NCBI GenBank assembly: GCA_963713605.1
Contig: CAVQMO010000005.1
Location: 32,001 to 96,000 of the forward strand
DNA: 64,000 bases
Source: an uncultured Nitrososphaerales archaeon
Lineage (GTDB): Archaea > Thermoproteota > Nitrososphaeria > Nitrososphaerales > Nitrososphaeraceae
Reading direction: 5' to 3'
Below are positions 1 through 11,683 of this stretch, piece after piece. Under the pieces are notes generated by a model that did no database searches, had not been told where the DNA came from, and saw only the letters and a list, made by a program, of their open reading frames with translations. Positions within the stretch are counted from its first letter, which is position 1, and each line of letters opens with the position of its first letter. Made by a program: the position numbers and the translations under genes.

Positions 1-4
1 AGAA

Positions 5-1001
5 ATGCAGCCATTCGTATCGCGCGAAATCTCCTTAATCGAACAACTTGCCAGGGATATAGTTGACGGGCTTTCCGAGGAGACTAATAGGAAATGGATC
101 AAGCCAAGGTATCTTTATGATGAAGTCGGGTCCAGTCTTTTTGAGAGAATATGTGAGCAGCCAGAATACTACCCTTTCAGAACTGAAACAGGAATTCTCA
201 AGAGATACGGACGACGTATATTCAAATTTATGAATGGTGATGTCACTGTCGTCGAATTAGGTAGTGGTAATTCAGCAAAGACGAGGATTTTGCTTTCTTC
301 CCTACTTGAAAAGCAAAAGTATGTTTTCTACCTTCCGATTGATGTTTCTCAAGAAATCCTCTTCAAAACTACACATGAGCTGAATCGCGAGTTCACTCGG
401 CTCGAAACCTTCGGTATAGCTGCTGACTATTCGGAGGGGATCCGAGAGGCTTGTAATATTTCGGCTAAAAATGCAACGATGCCTGAAAGGAAATTTGTAC
501 ATTTTCCTAGGATCTACTATTGGAAATTTTGAATACGGAGAAGCTAAAGAATTTCTGATTTCATTAAGAGCGAATATGCAAGCAGGTGATTTCTTGCTCA
601 TAGGATTTGATCTGCAAAAGGATATTAAATTACTTGAAGATGCATATAACGATAGTTTAGGGTTTACTGCTGCATTTAATCTTAATCTACTGTCCCGAAT
701 AAACCGCGAACTAGGAGGAGAATTCAGTCTGACCAATTTTCGTCATTTAGCATTTTACAATACAGAACACAATAGGATAGAAATGAATTTGATCTCGAAA
801 ACAACACACGAGGTGTATGTGAATAGACTTGGGAGATCATTTTCCTTCTTTGAAAATGAACGAATTCATACAGAAAATTCATATAAATTCACTTTAGAAA
901 AGATGAAAGATATTGTTGAACATTCAGGGTTTCAAATTGCAGAAAATTTTCTCGACCGCGATAATTTATATTGTGTGGCTCTAATGGTTGCGAACAACTA
1001 A
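5..1001 (+). CDS. egtD: L-histidine N-alpha-methyltransferase EgtD, split by one frameshift near 500
   Basis: ORFs 5..532 and 471..1001 overlap. Motifs YLYDEVGSSLFERICEQPEYYP, VELGSG, FLGSTIGNF, AYNDSLGFTAAFNLNLL and IHTENSYKF are present. Confidence 0.92.
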
Positions 1002-1034
1002 GAGTATTAAATCATATCAAGAAAAGTGAAAAAA

Positions 1035-2401
1035 TTAGGGGTCAGCAGCGCATCTAAAACCTGAAAAGAGTATTCGCTCATTTGGTCTAAAATAGTTTCT
1101 ATAGCTATTTCTGATCTGCAAACATGGCGTGGCAAATGATCCACCTCGAAGAACCTTTTGGTTAACGGACCACTTATCAGTATACTCTGAAAATTTCGAC
1201 TTAAATCGCGGATACAAACTGTACTCTGAGGAAGTCCATTCCCACACATCCCCTATCATTTGAAAGCATCCAAAATTGCTTCTCCCTTGTTTGTACATTC
1301 CGATACGAGAGGGGGCCCAATTGTTAGATTCAAGGACGTTTGCGTACTTTTGAACGGTCAATGTCTTCTCCCCATGGATACAAAAATTTGCATTGTAATT
1401 TCTCATTCCAGCTGGCTGGCCTTCTCCCACTCTGCTTCAGTTGGAAGTCGTTTTCCTGCCCATCTAGCATATGCGTTTGCCTCATAGTAGCTTACATTCA
1501 CAACAGGTTCTTTGGGATCTACCTTAGTGTTGCCTCTAAAGTCCTTTTTCATCCAGCATCTTTCTTTCTTTTCATAGTTCCAAAAAAGAGGAGCTTTCCA
1601 TTTTTGCTCTCTGACCAAATCCCACCCGTCAGCCAACCATAAATTGAAATCATCATACCCGCCGTCATCCATAAATCGCTGAAAATCTCCGTTGGTTACT
1701 GGGAAAGTATCCATTAAATAATTCTCGAGGTAGACTTTATGTTCTGGAAGCTCGTTATCATAGCAGAACTGGTCACTAGGATAACCAAGATTGTATAATC
1801 CTCCAGGGATCTTAACCATTGAAGAATGCACGTCGTGAACATTAGGGGTCTTGAAAGAATCTGCCTGAGGTTCGAAAGATTTCATAGTTGAGGGTCGGAA
1901 ATTATCATCTGGATCAATAAACCGATTAAAGTAATACTGTAAATCATAAATCATTAGCTCCTGGTGCTGCATTTCATGCTGATTGGCTAATTTTATGTCA
2001 TAGTAGGTATCATCATTATATTTGATATTCCTATTTTTTAGAAATCTTACAACTTCCTTGTCAATAAACGATCTATATTGCAATGTCTGTTTGATTGTGG
2101 GTCTTGGAAACCTTCCTCTCTCAACTTTGCTTAGAATAAAATCGTACTTTTGATAGTATGAGTTTAAGTAGGCCAAATTAATCTCCTCCGGTAGCGTTAT
2201 TTTTGCTCCATGCTTCTCCAGAACCTTTTGGTAAAACCAGCTCACATGGGCCAAGTGCCAATTCGGTGGGCTGCCAAAGTCACTTCCTTGAATCACGGCA
2301 TCCTCGTGCCTAAGTTGAGAGAATATATTAAGAGTAGTTCGCCTTATGGACTTAAATTCTTTTGTTAGGGACTCTAGCGAATCCTGAAGGACCTGCGTCA
2401 C
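1035..2401 (-). CDS. egtB: Ergothioneine sulfoxide synthase EgtB (DinB + FGE-sulfatase domains), frameshift near 1410-1430
   Basis: SPPNWHLAH, iron motif HEMQHQE, PVTNGDF, RLPTEAEWEKA, GDVWEWT and LRGGSF. Convergent with egtD. Confidence 0.9.
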
Positions 2402-2541
2402 CTCATAACATATAGAAATATCATTTATAAATCGATCTTATCAGTGCCATTTAGCGGCAAATAGACAGATAGCAGTTATTTTCTGCCTGGACAGAAGAAC
2501 TATAGATAAAGGTCAGTAAACTGTCGATCCTGTTAGCCCAC

Positions 2542-2766
2542 TTAACGATTGTCAAAGTACTTACGGCTGAACCAACTATTCCAGCTACCAGTGCACCTAC
2601 AGTCTTGTGATCTATAAAGCCTCGGCATAGCCTGGCCTAACCATTCCGCTATATCTGGCACCACGAGATATCCTGCGAACCCTATTGCGAAGCCTATTAC
2701 CCAGAACAACAAGATGACAGGTCCCCTTGACATCTCATTTAGTCCTCCGCCGATCCATGACACCAA
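2542..2766 (-). CDS. Small membrane protein, C-terminus probably frameshifted
   Basis: Hydrophobic helix GPVILLFWVIGFAIGFAGYLVV. Confidence 0.5.
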   Translation of the reverse strand: MVSWIGGGLNEMSRGPVILLFWVIGFAIGFAGYLVVPDIAEWLGQAMPRLYRSQDCRCTGSWNSWFSRKYFDNR

Positions 2767-3202
2767 CGCAAACCGTGGTTACCTCCAATCTATTAATCAG
2801 ACGGCTGATGCACAACCCACTTTGGTCATTTCGCAAATAAGCATTAATGTCAAATATTATCGCATAGATTGACAAAATATGGCTCCTAGCCCTCCTTTAG
2901 AATTAGATATTCAGAATATGAATTGTATCTACAAAAGTTTTCAATTGAAATAAATACTTATGACCATTTCAAATAAATATAATGTTGACTTTTGCGTTCT
3001 GACGATCAAGGTGGTTGGATATGCTCACGAAATTTGGATCAACAGAAAAATGATGGAAAATGTTATTTTCAATCAATTTTGGGGAATTGATGGTTGTAAA
3101 TTCAGGATCTATTTATGCCGAACACCCACTCCATTGTTTGTGTGAATCAGGTGTGGAGCAAGGTCAGGACGGGGGAATTGAATCAGGGGCTGTCAATCCA
3201 GT

Positions 3203-4353
3203 ATGACGAGTATGGATTATTGTACGATTTGTCCTGAATGTAATTCTCGGTTGATACATGACCAAAGCAAAGGCGAGTACATTTGCGAAAAGTGTGGTTG
3301 TGTCGTTATGGACCAGATAAATGATTACGGCCCAGAGAGCCACTCTAATGATTTTGAAGAGAAAAGTAAGTTAACTAGAGCAAGTGGCCATACAAGTTTT
3401 TCCTTGCATGATTATGGCCTAAGGACGGAGATCGGTTTTAGTTCGAAGGATTACAGCGGCAAAAATATAGATTATGCAATTGTAGAACAAATGAATACTA
3501 TGAGAAAATGGCAATCCCGCATCAGGGTTGCTTCTCCGAAGGAAAGGAGACTCTCAAACGTTTTGTACAAGATAAATGAAATATGCTCGCTGCTGTCTCT
3601 TCCCAAGACTATTACAGAGACCGCAGCAATGTTCTATCGTCTCTTTGAGAATCGGAGCGAAGCAAAAGGAAAATCTGTAATTTGTATCGCGGCCGCTACA
3701 ATCTATCTTGCCTGCAAGAAATGTAATGTGGTTAGGTCACTTGAGGAAATCGTTAATCCATTAGGCTCAAGTGAAAAATCCAAAGCAAATACTAGGTTGG
3801 CTTCCAAATACTACAGATCCATGGTTATGGAAATGGGAATGTTTACTGAATCTTATATCCGGCGCAGATACGAGCATCGGCATTTCGAGAATCTAACAGA
3901 AAAGCCTGGGATAAGTCAATATTATCATGGAGAGTCACTTAGGCAAAATAGTTTACCACGAAGCAACTTTGCAAACCAGGCGCTCGCTTCCTGCTGCAAT
4001 CCGGACTCCTACTCTTTCGGTTATGCAACACAGATACTTACCCAGTTTCTGCTGCAATAGATCAGTATATCTCTAAATTAGCCAACATGGCAAAAATTGA
4101 TACTAAGGTAGAAAGGCTGGCTATCGACATAGCCCACAAAACAAACAATCATCTCTTGGCCGATGGTAAATCGCCACATGGACTTGCAGCAGCTTACATA
4201 TATCTTGCGTCAGTGTTATTGGGGGTAAGTTTGTTACAGATGGAGATTTCAAGTTTTGCAGGCATTACCGAAGTAACCATCCGGAATAGGTGTAAGGACA
4301 TCTTGTCTTCATTTAAGATGTCTGTAATAGTACGACCATTGCATAAAGGGTAA
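3203..4353 (+). CDS. tfb: Transcription initiation factor IIB paralogue, with a linker insertion and a frameshift between 3943 and 4057
   Basis: Zn ribbon CPEC..CEKCG, B-reader/linker region, cyclin repeat 1 (AATIYLAC). The second frame gives IDQYISKLANM..GKSPHGLAAAYIY..TEVTIRNRCK. Confidence 0.93.
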
Positions 4354-4835
4354 GACTATTTATTCTTTGGATTGAAGTGTCAAATAAGTAATAATTGGCT
4401 AGACTGGACTGATGATTGTCTTATTGAAATGCTGCGTCGCTGAGTTTGCCAAAATGACAACGTACAAGTCAAAGAGGATGTTTTTAATTCAATGTAGTAC
4501 ATAATCTAAAGCAGATATAGGATTAAAGATGTGTATAATACCAATGGATTAGTATGTTTGGCTAGCAAAGTCCGACAGACCAATTTTAAGAACAGAAGCT
4601 TGCTCCCGGATTATGTCCCCGGCATGGGTTATTAAAACACGGCAAAAGTGATAACTTTCCTGAAACGAACTTGTACTGAATTTGATTTCAATTGACTAAA
4701 CCGTGGAGGCAGGTTAAGTAGAGTTTAGAACATCTATCCAGAAGGTATTTGTTGTCAAAAATTGGCTGGAATTAAGAACATCAGCATCTCATATTAGCGT
4801 ACAACTTATATTAAACAAACACAAGTTGGGATTCC

Positions 4836-5174
4836 ATGGGCGGCGCGAAAAAGAAATCAGTAGGTTCAAGTGCGAAGAATAAAGACTCAACCGCAGCATC
4901 AGGCTCTAATCAAACTCAATCCCAGACCCAGAAGAAAGAAGATTCAAAAAAATCAAGTGGCAGTAAGCAAAGGCTATCAGTTGCAATAGAGGAAGCTGCA
5001 GGAAAGAAGGCCTTGCAGAACATGAAAGCCATCACCGTCCAAGCTCTAGCGAGAACTCTAGGTGTAAAGATATCTGTGGCTAATTCTTTTCTGAGATCCA
5101 TGGAGGCCAGAGGTTTGGTCAAACTGGCTGGCGGATATAGCGGACATCGAATTTATCAACAAGTTGTTCAATAG
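4836..5174 (+). CDS. rps25e: 30S ribosomal protein S25e
   Basis: MGGAKKK start, basic N-terminus, wHTH core ITVQALARTLGVKISVANSFLRSMEARGLVK..HRIY. Confidence 0.85.
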   Translation: MGGAKKKSVGSSAKNKDSTAASGSNQTQSQTQKKEDSKKSSGSKQRLSVAIEEAAGKKALQNMKAITVQALARTLGVKISVANSFLRSMEARGLVKLAGGYSGHRIYQQVVQ

Positions 5175-5219
5175 GTAGGATACGCAATATCTGCCTGACG
5201 AAGGTGAATCTATCCCTTA

Positions 5220-5612
5220 TTATTTCCTTAAAATCAAGTTGTTGCCGGCCTTACACTCACTAAGCATGTCTATGCTAGATTTTGCCATGCCCATTAAATT
5301 CATCGGTGAAACTCTACTATCTTGAAGGAAGAAGCATACAGACGAAGAATTGGTTAGAAATGCAATTTCTCCAGACTTAAAAGTGGTTTTTGGCTTCTCA
5401 CCCCCGACTTGGAGCTGCGTATGTATATATGCAAATTTATTGTCGTAAAAATGTACAGTATCGGTGATTGGTAGTGCATTGAAAACTCTGCTGACTGTAA
5501 GAGGTGCTAGATGTCGAACAAGTTCATATTCAATTATGCCTTGTCCCTGTATTTCGAGCATAACGGTTAACCTTGAAACTGATTTCAGGCCGTCTTGACT
5601 TCTATCCCACAT
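5220..5612 (-). CDS. Cyclophilin-like fold protein
   Basis: RHLAPLTV..ALPI..GEIAF..SVCFF pattern of archaeal cyclophilin-like proteins. Confidence 0.7.
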   Translation of the reverse strand: MWDRSQDGLKSVSRLTVMLEIQGQGIIEYELVRHLAPLTVSRVFNALPITDTVHFYDNKFAYIHTQLQVGGEKPKTTFKSGEIAFLTNSSSVCFFLQDSRVSPMNLMGMAKSSIDMLSECKAGNNLILRK

Positions 5613-5812
5613 CTTATTGTACTAGTTTGAATCACCAAAATAAAAGTTACATTAACATTCTATAGCAGTAAGGGTATATTTTACCTATTCTATGTTTAAG
5701 TGCAAGCGTAAATAATTAATTCCAACAAGAAGGAAAACGTTTATTTAGACCCGTTCGTAACCCACTTCTCAACATTCGGAACATTTAATTATATATTTAT
5801 TTCCCCTTTGGT

Positions 5813-6361
5813 TTGTTCTTGGTACTTAAAGATTCTCCTAATAAACAGCCTTCCTCGAAAAAGGGAACTTCTAAAAAGAAACAGCAGTCATCCGGTCCAG
5901 CAGTGCCAAAGAGTAAGAAAGTCTCATCACCAGGCACTAAGAAAGAAGCAGGCACAAGTAAAAAAAAGGCCGTCAAGGGGTTGGCCAAATCAGTTGAGAG
6001 TAACACAATAGGGAGAGGGAAAGGAGATTCCATGGAAGAGCTTTCATTAAGCACTAGGCCAAAAGACGAGGTCGTTACGTATGATGAAATCGATTTCCAC
6101 CTCCAAGAGATTTCAGGCTCTTCCACCGAAGTTCTGATTGGTCCTCAGACTCTTACGCGATTTGAGAAGGCAAGAATCACTGGAGCAAGATCTCTACAAC
6201 TTTCTCTAGGAGCCCCAAGCCTTATCGCCATCCCTGGTGGAATCAAAGACTCAATATCATTAGCGGTAGCTGAATTGGAAGCAAGAGCTTTACCAATCTC
6301 AATTCGAAGAGTTCTGCCAAGCGGTCTCTATCAGGACATCCCTATTGATTGGCTACGATGA
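5813..6361 (+). CDS. rpoK: DNA-directed RNA polymerase subunit Rpo6/K with a long Lys/Ser-rich N-terminus
   Basis: LTRFEKARITGARSLQLSLGAP..AVAELEARALPISIRRVLP. Confidence 0.93.
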   Translation: MFLVLKDSPNKQPSSKKGTSKKKQQSSGPAVPKSKKVSSPGTKKEAGTSKKKAVKGLAKSVESNTIGRGKGDSMEELSLSTRPKDEVVTYDEIDFHLQEISGSSTEVLIGPQTLTRFEKARITGARSLQLSLGAPSLIAIPGGIKDSISLAVAELEARALPISIRRVLPSGLYQDIPIDWLR

Positions 6362-7052
6362 TTACAACCAATATTTATAATTTTTAACTAGTATTACGTC
6401 TGGTTAAGCGAGAATTTGCTGATCGCGTTCTTCATACAGTAAGATAGTGAATAACTTTTCTTAAACTCAACTCTTTTCGGATTAGCTTCATTCAACAAAC
6501 TCGCGTGTCGTATCATTTCGACGAAAAATATCTTGTCTTAGAGAAGAACATATTTACTTTGTCAATACATCCAAGCCTGCTCTACATTATTTTGTTTTTA
6601 TATCAAATCACTCAAGAAACGGCCACCCTCACGTCAAGGGGAATATCTTGGTGTAAAATAGTACTTGACATTTATACTATCTTATACCTTATATCTTAAA
6701 GCTTCTGAAATCAACTAAGCGTCACTTCGAAAATTCTCAAATCCTAAGATAGTTATCTACACATATGCCATTGCCTCATGATCCCAATCATTCGCCAAAA
6801 GGAATTTATTTAAAGTGTCAAAGGAAAGGGGTAGAAGGCCAGAAATAACTGAACCTCCAGTTTCACTATAGTATCTATTGATGCTGTTGTAGTTATTATG
6901 GTTGCTTCGTATATGTGTCGATTTTATTTAGTTCCACGGGCGCTACTTTTGCTAACTAATGCTTGCCCGGAGCTGAAATTTTATATCTGGGATCAGATGC
7001 CTATTCTTGCTGCCAATCCCGATGAAGCCTATCAACTGTCCGTTGAAGCAAT

Positions 7053-7229
7053 TCATTTCGTTACAGAACTGCCGCCCTTGATTTCTTTCCGTAATGCATC
7101 TTCTACTAGTTCAGACAAATCTATCTCCCGGTTAATCGCCTCTATCTTTGCCTTTTTCCACAATTCAGGATCGACTTTTATAGATGTGACCTCTCTTTTT
7201 TTATGTGATGTTGAATGTTTTGCTTTCAT
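7053..7229 (-). CDS. Small ribbon-helix-helix DNA-binding protein (58 aa, not in the ORF track)
   Basis: Manual translation MKAKHSTSHKKREVTSIKVDPELWKKAKIEAINREIDLSELVEDALRKEIKGGSSVTK. A TATA-like run lies about 25-35 nt upstream. Confidence 0.8.
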   Translation of the reverse strand: MKAKHSTSHKKREVTSIKVDPELWKKAKIEAINREIDLSELVEDALRKEIKGGSSVTK

Positions 7230-7583
7230 GTGATATCGTTTACAGGTTAAGTGTTATAAATATATATATCCTAATCATTACAAAATACTTTATAAATAAC
7301 TAGCTGTCATTACTTTCAACGCAAGTATTTAGATTCAGAAGATTTATTGACGTATTGATTTAATATTGCTATATATATTCTTTTATTTTTATGATTCGTA
7401 GTTGCGATTATTGATGCCGATTAATCCTACAACTGCCTTGATTATAATCAAAGCTTGTTAGCCACTTTTCTAACTGAATAAACCATTCGATTTACGTTAG
7501 AGTCTCAAAGTAGAAGACTGTATTAAACCATAATATTCACATCAACGGAATTTCGAATCTAAAATAAATAAACAAAGAGAGTA

Positions 7584-7973
7584 TTAGTGGGCCAAAAGTA
7601 TCTCTTTAATCTTCATATTGTCTATTAAAGATTCAAGGATCCTTTCTTTTTCTTCATTCGGGACTCGAGCAGTCTTTGCAAATTCAAGACTATCTAAAGC
7701 CTTTAATTTCCAAAAATTTGTCAACCCCAGTTCAATGATCTCTAAAGCATCGTATACCATCTTCCCAAAAGATGTTAAAGTATAATTGCTGTGATACTTT
7801 CTAATGAGTCCAACTTCTACCATCTCAGATAGCCTTGTATAGTACTGCTTTCGAGATAGGCTAAGCTGACTTCGCAGCGTCGATGTATCAGAAGGCTGAT
7901 TGGCTATGTATTTAAATATAGACAAGGACTTTCGGTCGCCTAATGAATCTATCACTTTTTCAAGTTCAATCAA
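7584..7973 (-). CDS. Winged-helix (ArsR-like) transcription regulator
   Basis: LSLSRKQYYTRLSEMVEVGLI..YTLTSFGK. Confidence 0.8.
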   Translation of the reverse strand: MIELEKVIDSLGDRKSLSIFKYIANQPSDTSTLRSQLSLSRKQYYTRLSEMVEVGLIRKYHSNYTLTSFGKMVYDALEIIELGLTNFWKLKALDSLEFAKTARVPNEEKERILESLIDNMKIKEILLAH

Positions 7974-8119
7974 TGCTTGTATGATTTATAGAGAGAATAC
8001 CACTAATATTAGCATTGGGGTCTATAGTGTCCATTCGAGGGGCCTGGGGAACGCTTTGTCAGCTAGTTTGAAGCTTGATAAGATTGTCATACCTTGCGCT
8101 TTTGGTTATTTTCCTATAG

Positions 8120-9172
8120 TCAATTTGTAACTACTACAGAGAAGCTGAAATGTGATATCGTAATTGAACTAGCCATGGGGAGCCTCAAGGCAGATGCCCC
8201 CGAGTTATATAGTGCTATGGCAGTGGAAGTGACGACATTGCGCGTTGAACTCTTGTCCGCAGTAGTTGGAGTAATGTAAGAATCAACAATCCCATTCTCT
8301 GGATATTCCACTCTGAACATGCATAGCTGTCCCTCAGAGTCGCTTTCAATTAGATGCATTTCAGGGGGCGGATAAGCAATACTTGACCAATTTTCCAGCA
8401 ATACAACCCTTACCGGAGTTTGATGTTTATCATTGCAGGGAATTCTAGCAGTTGCAAAAAGCTTACCTCTCCCGTCGCTGCCCGCCTCATCGCTGGAGAC
8501 TATAAGATAATCCTTGGGTGGAATATTCATGCCAAACAGTGGAATCGTTGAAAACTCAGTATTGAGAAAGCTTATAGTCTTATTAGTCGATTTTTGGACA
8601 TCTTGAGATATGTCAGCGCCATTATTCCCACTCCGACGGATGTCATCTATCGCCGAAGAGAGTAGAGAGCTAGGATTTACCATCTTCTCAATCGCACTTT
8701 GCGTAATTTCACTTGCATCTTCTGCAGTAGAGGCTTCCTGTGGCGGCGTCCTGGCTTCGGAAACGAGATCAGGAACTGGTAGAAAAGAACTATCGGTGGT
8801 CAAATTCCTATTCTCTGGTTGCTCGATTTCTGAAAGATTATAGTTAAAAGCAGGATAAATTGCCTCAGTGGAATTCCCTCCAGTAATTCCATTTGCGTTA
8901 AATCCTTTTGGTCCGTTAATACCGTAGTTGTCGTGCTCCTCTAGCGGCGAGGCAGAAACAAGACCATTCATAGGGTAGATATTTAGCTGATGCAAAGTCA
9001 AATAGTAAACTTTAGGTGGAGCTAATGCTAACGGTGTAAGTACTACCGTTAGAACCATAACGGTAATGAATAAAATGCTCAAATGTATTATGATGAGTTT
9101 GATCTTTGAAAAAATAAATGGTTTAAATTTGTTGATTACCTGTGGGGTGCTACTAGACGACGAATGCAACAC
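8120..9172 (-). CDS. Secreted or membrane-anchored hypothetical protein
   Basis: N-terminal hydrophobic helix, low-complexity linker, C-terminal beta-rich domain with two Cys. Confidence 0.65.
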   Translation of the reverse strand: MLHSSSSSTPQVINKFKPFIFSKIKLIIIHLSILFITVMVLTVVLTPLALAPPKVYYLTLHQLNIYPMNGLVSASPLEEHDNYGINGPKGFNANGITGGNSTEAIYPAFNYNLSEIEQPENRNLTTDSSFLPVPDLVSEARTPPQEASTAEDASEITQSAIEKMVNPSSLLSSAIDDIRRSGNNGADISQDVQKSTNKTISFLNTEFSTIPLFGMNIPPKDYLIVSSDEAGSDGRGKLFATARIPCNDKHQTPVRVVLLENWSSIAYPPPEMHLIESDSEGQLCMFRVEYPENGIVDSYITPTTADKSSTRNVVTSTAIALYNSGASALRLPMASSITISHFSFSVVVTN

Positions 9173-9263
9173 GATCCGCTACACCGGCTATCGAACAATT
9201 TGATCCAGATCTGGGTCGAGTGTGGACCGACAGAAAATGACAATTAGAAATCTGATCTATTTT

Positions 9264-9783
9264 CTAGCATGCTCGCCTTTTAAGTTCCTTTAAGATCTGC
9301 AAAAGCTTCCTCAATTGTTCGTGTCTGAATTGACCCAATTTAATCTGATTTATATCAACATCAAATTTTCTAAGCTCTCGATATACTTCCTTGTCTTCAA
9401 GGATATCGATGAATTGTCTTTCATTAAAGGGCTTTTGAACTAGCTCAACTAATTGCCTGAGCTGCCTTACTGCCTCCATTAGAATGTCTCTCACATAAGC
9501 TGAAGCAAATATTATTCGTTGATGAGGATTAACTGCTAGGATCTCCTTGGCCACTTCAAGCCCATTGCGCCCGGGCATCTCATAATCTAATACTACAGCG
9601 TCAAAAGGTTGAATCTTTTGCATTGCGTTGGTCTGCAATCTTATATTCTCCAATTCGTCGTGGTATATCTGCAAACATTCCAAACCATCCTTCGCTGAAA
9701 CAAGCACATGCCGGTACTTTTCAAAAAAGTACATCGTAGTAAAACCGAGTATCAGGATTGTCCTCAGCTATAAGTACTCTCAT
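9264..9783 (-). CDS. Response regulator receiver protein, frameshift near 9740
   Basis: ATG at 9783 gives MRVLIAEDNPD in another frame. The body has VVLDYEMPGRNGLEV, IIFASAY and QKPF. Confidence 0.85.
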
Positions 9784-9908
9784 GCATAGTTCTAGGGAAG
9801 GAAATAATATATAGTTATATTCGTCATGAGCTGTACTTCATTAGTGGCCTTAAAAAGAATAAAATGACTTGTCGAAGGAAATATGTATGCACAACAAAGT
9901 AATTCGCA

Positions 9909-11459
9909 TTGAGTGAGAGAAAACATTATCACATTGTTATAATCGGTGGAGGTATCCTCGGATGTTCTATAGCCTATTTATTGTCCTACAATCTCGGACC
10001 ACGTACACGAATACTTCTTATTGAACAGGAAGCCTCTCCGGCGTATCATTCTAGCTCTCGAAATACTGGAAAAGTGCATGCTCCATTCCTCTATGATCCG
10101 TCAAAGAAAAAATTGTTTGCAAGGTCTGCTTCAATTGGTTTCGAAATGCTGTCCGACTATTGCAAATCAAGGCATTTGCCATTCATAAAGGATGGCATTT
10201 TGGAGGTCGCCACAGACGAAAACGGAATAGATCATCTGCACAGGTATCTTGAGTGGGGGTATTCAAATGGCTTAAGTCAAGAGGAACTCCGATATCTAGA
10301 TAAGCAGGAGGTTGCGGCTTTGGAACCAAATGTCAGATGTACTGGCGCTATCTTTTGTACAAAGGATGCCTCAGTTAACTACGGTGAAATTACCAGGAGC
10401 CTTTTGTCTGACGCTCGAAACCTTGGATGTGAAGTAATGTTCGGAACCAAAGTCGTGTCAGTAAAATCAGAAGAATACTCATATCTAGACCAAGGTTTCG
10501 AAAGTCTTCATCAAGGTTCAATACAGCGGCATCATCATAAAGTTCGACTCCAATTACTCCAAACATGTAGAATCCCAGAAACAAGAATGCCGGACGGCGT
10601 GGGACTTGGATCATTTCCAGATGTAAAAGCTGAGGCAAATATTACACGTTCCACCTCTGACAAGCAAAGGTTGTCTTTTATTGAGCTATCTGCAGATTAC
10701 CTAATTAATGTGGCAGGAGGGGCGGCTTTTACTATTGCTCATGGTATGGGTTTGGCCAAAGGCTTTGCGGCCTTGTATTTTAGAGGTGAGTATTGGGTCG
10801 CCCCATATTCTCTTAGAAATCTAACAAAGATGAGCATTTACTCGGTCCCTCGTTATCCAGAGTATCCGTTTCTTGATCCTCACTGGATCGTCAGGATTGA
10901 TGGAAGAAGGGAGGTGGGACCAAATGCGGTCTTGGTATCAGGCCCGTTTGCATACAACTGGAACCAAAATATGAGACTAGTACTACCAAAAATACTACAA
11001 TCTATTAGAGAATCCGGAAGAATAGGTCTTATTAGTCTCTTCACAGACAAGAAATTTGTAACACTGGCTCTTCACGAGCTAAGAAGTTCCCTATCTAAGA
11101 AGGTAATGATAAATCGGGCAAAGCGGTTTCTTCCCGCTCTCGATCATTCCCAATTTACTAATAGAGGAACATCAGGAATAAGATCTTCTATAGTAGATGA
11201 AGATGGTAAATTCGTCTCTGACATCTTTATCGCAGAAAATGATGACTCTGTACATATGCTAAATTACAATTCTCCAGGGGCAACTGGAGCATTGCCAGTG
11301 GCAGCACTAATAGTTGATCATCTAATCAAGCAGGACAGATTACGATCCTCAATACGCGCTACCAGTGCTGAAAAGTTTGATCCTGCGAAAGATTTTGGCC
11401 CCGTGACAAAATGGGACATACGACATATTAGTCACATGTTAACGGTAGGCACTGCTTAG
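9909..11459 (+). CDS. FAD-dependent oxidoreductase (L-2-hydroxyglutarate oxidase/DAO family) with an internal insertion
   Basis: IIGGGILG, SSRNTGKVH, FRGEY, VGPNA, GIRS and NSPGATGA motifs. Confidence 0.85.
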   Translation: MSERKHYHIVIIGGGILGCSIAYLLSYNLGPRTRILLIEQEASPAYHSSSRNTGKVHAPFLYDPSKKKLFARSASIGFEMLSDYCKSRHLPFIKDGILEVATDENGIDHLHRYLEWGYSNGLSQEELRYLDKQEVAALEPNVRCTGAIFCTKDASVNYGEITRSLLSDARNLGCEVMFGTKVVSVKSEEYSYLDQGFESLHQGSIQRHHHKVRLQLLQTCRIPETRMPDGVGLGSFPDVKAEANITRSTSDKQRLSFIELSADYLINVAGGAAFTIAHGMGLAKGFAALYFRGEYWVAPYSLRNLTKMSIYSVPRYPEYPFLDPHWIVRIDGRREVGPNAVLVSGPFAYNWNQNMRLVLPKILQSIRESGRIGLISLFTDKKFVTLALHELRSSLSKKVMINRAKRFLPALDHSQFTNRGTSGIRSSIVDEDGKFVSDIFIAENDDSVHMLNYNSPGATGALPVAALIVDHLIKQDRLRSSIRATSAEKFDPAKDFGPVTKWDIRHISHMLTVGTA

Positions 11460-11683
11460 TCCTCCATGAAAGAATCAGTACTCTTACTCATGGAAAATCG
11501 ACGCAATAAAATAAGAAATAGAAATCACTAAATTTCAAAAGGCCGTCTGGATAACCTTGACATCCAGTCTTGGAAAATGGGATGAGGGTGGATTTCTGCC
11601 AAAAAAATGTTGATTTTTTCACCTTTCATCATGTCTAGCGAGGTGATTATGTGGGAAATTTGCAATGCATCCTTCTCGATAGA

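Noticed and set aside
471..532. Programmed frameshifting in egtD and other split genes
   Set aside because: There is no shared slippery motif, and the indels are scattered over unrelated genes, which fits sequencing error.
6898..7233. 111-aa plus-strand ORF
   Set aside because: It overlaps the more convincing minus-strand RHH gene.
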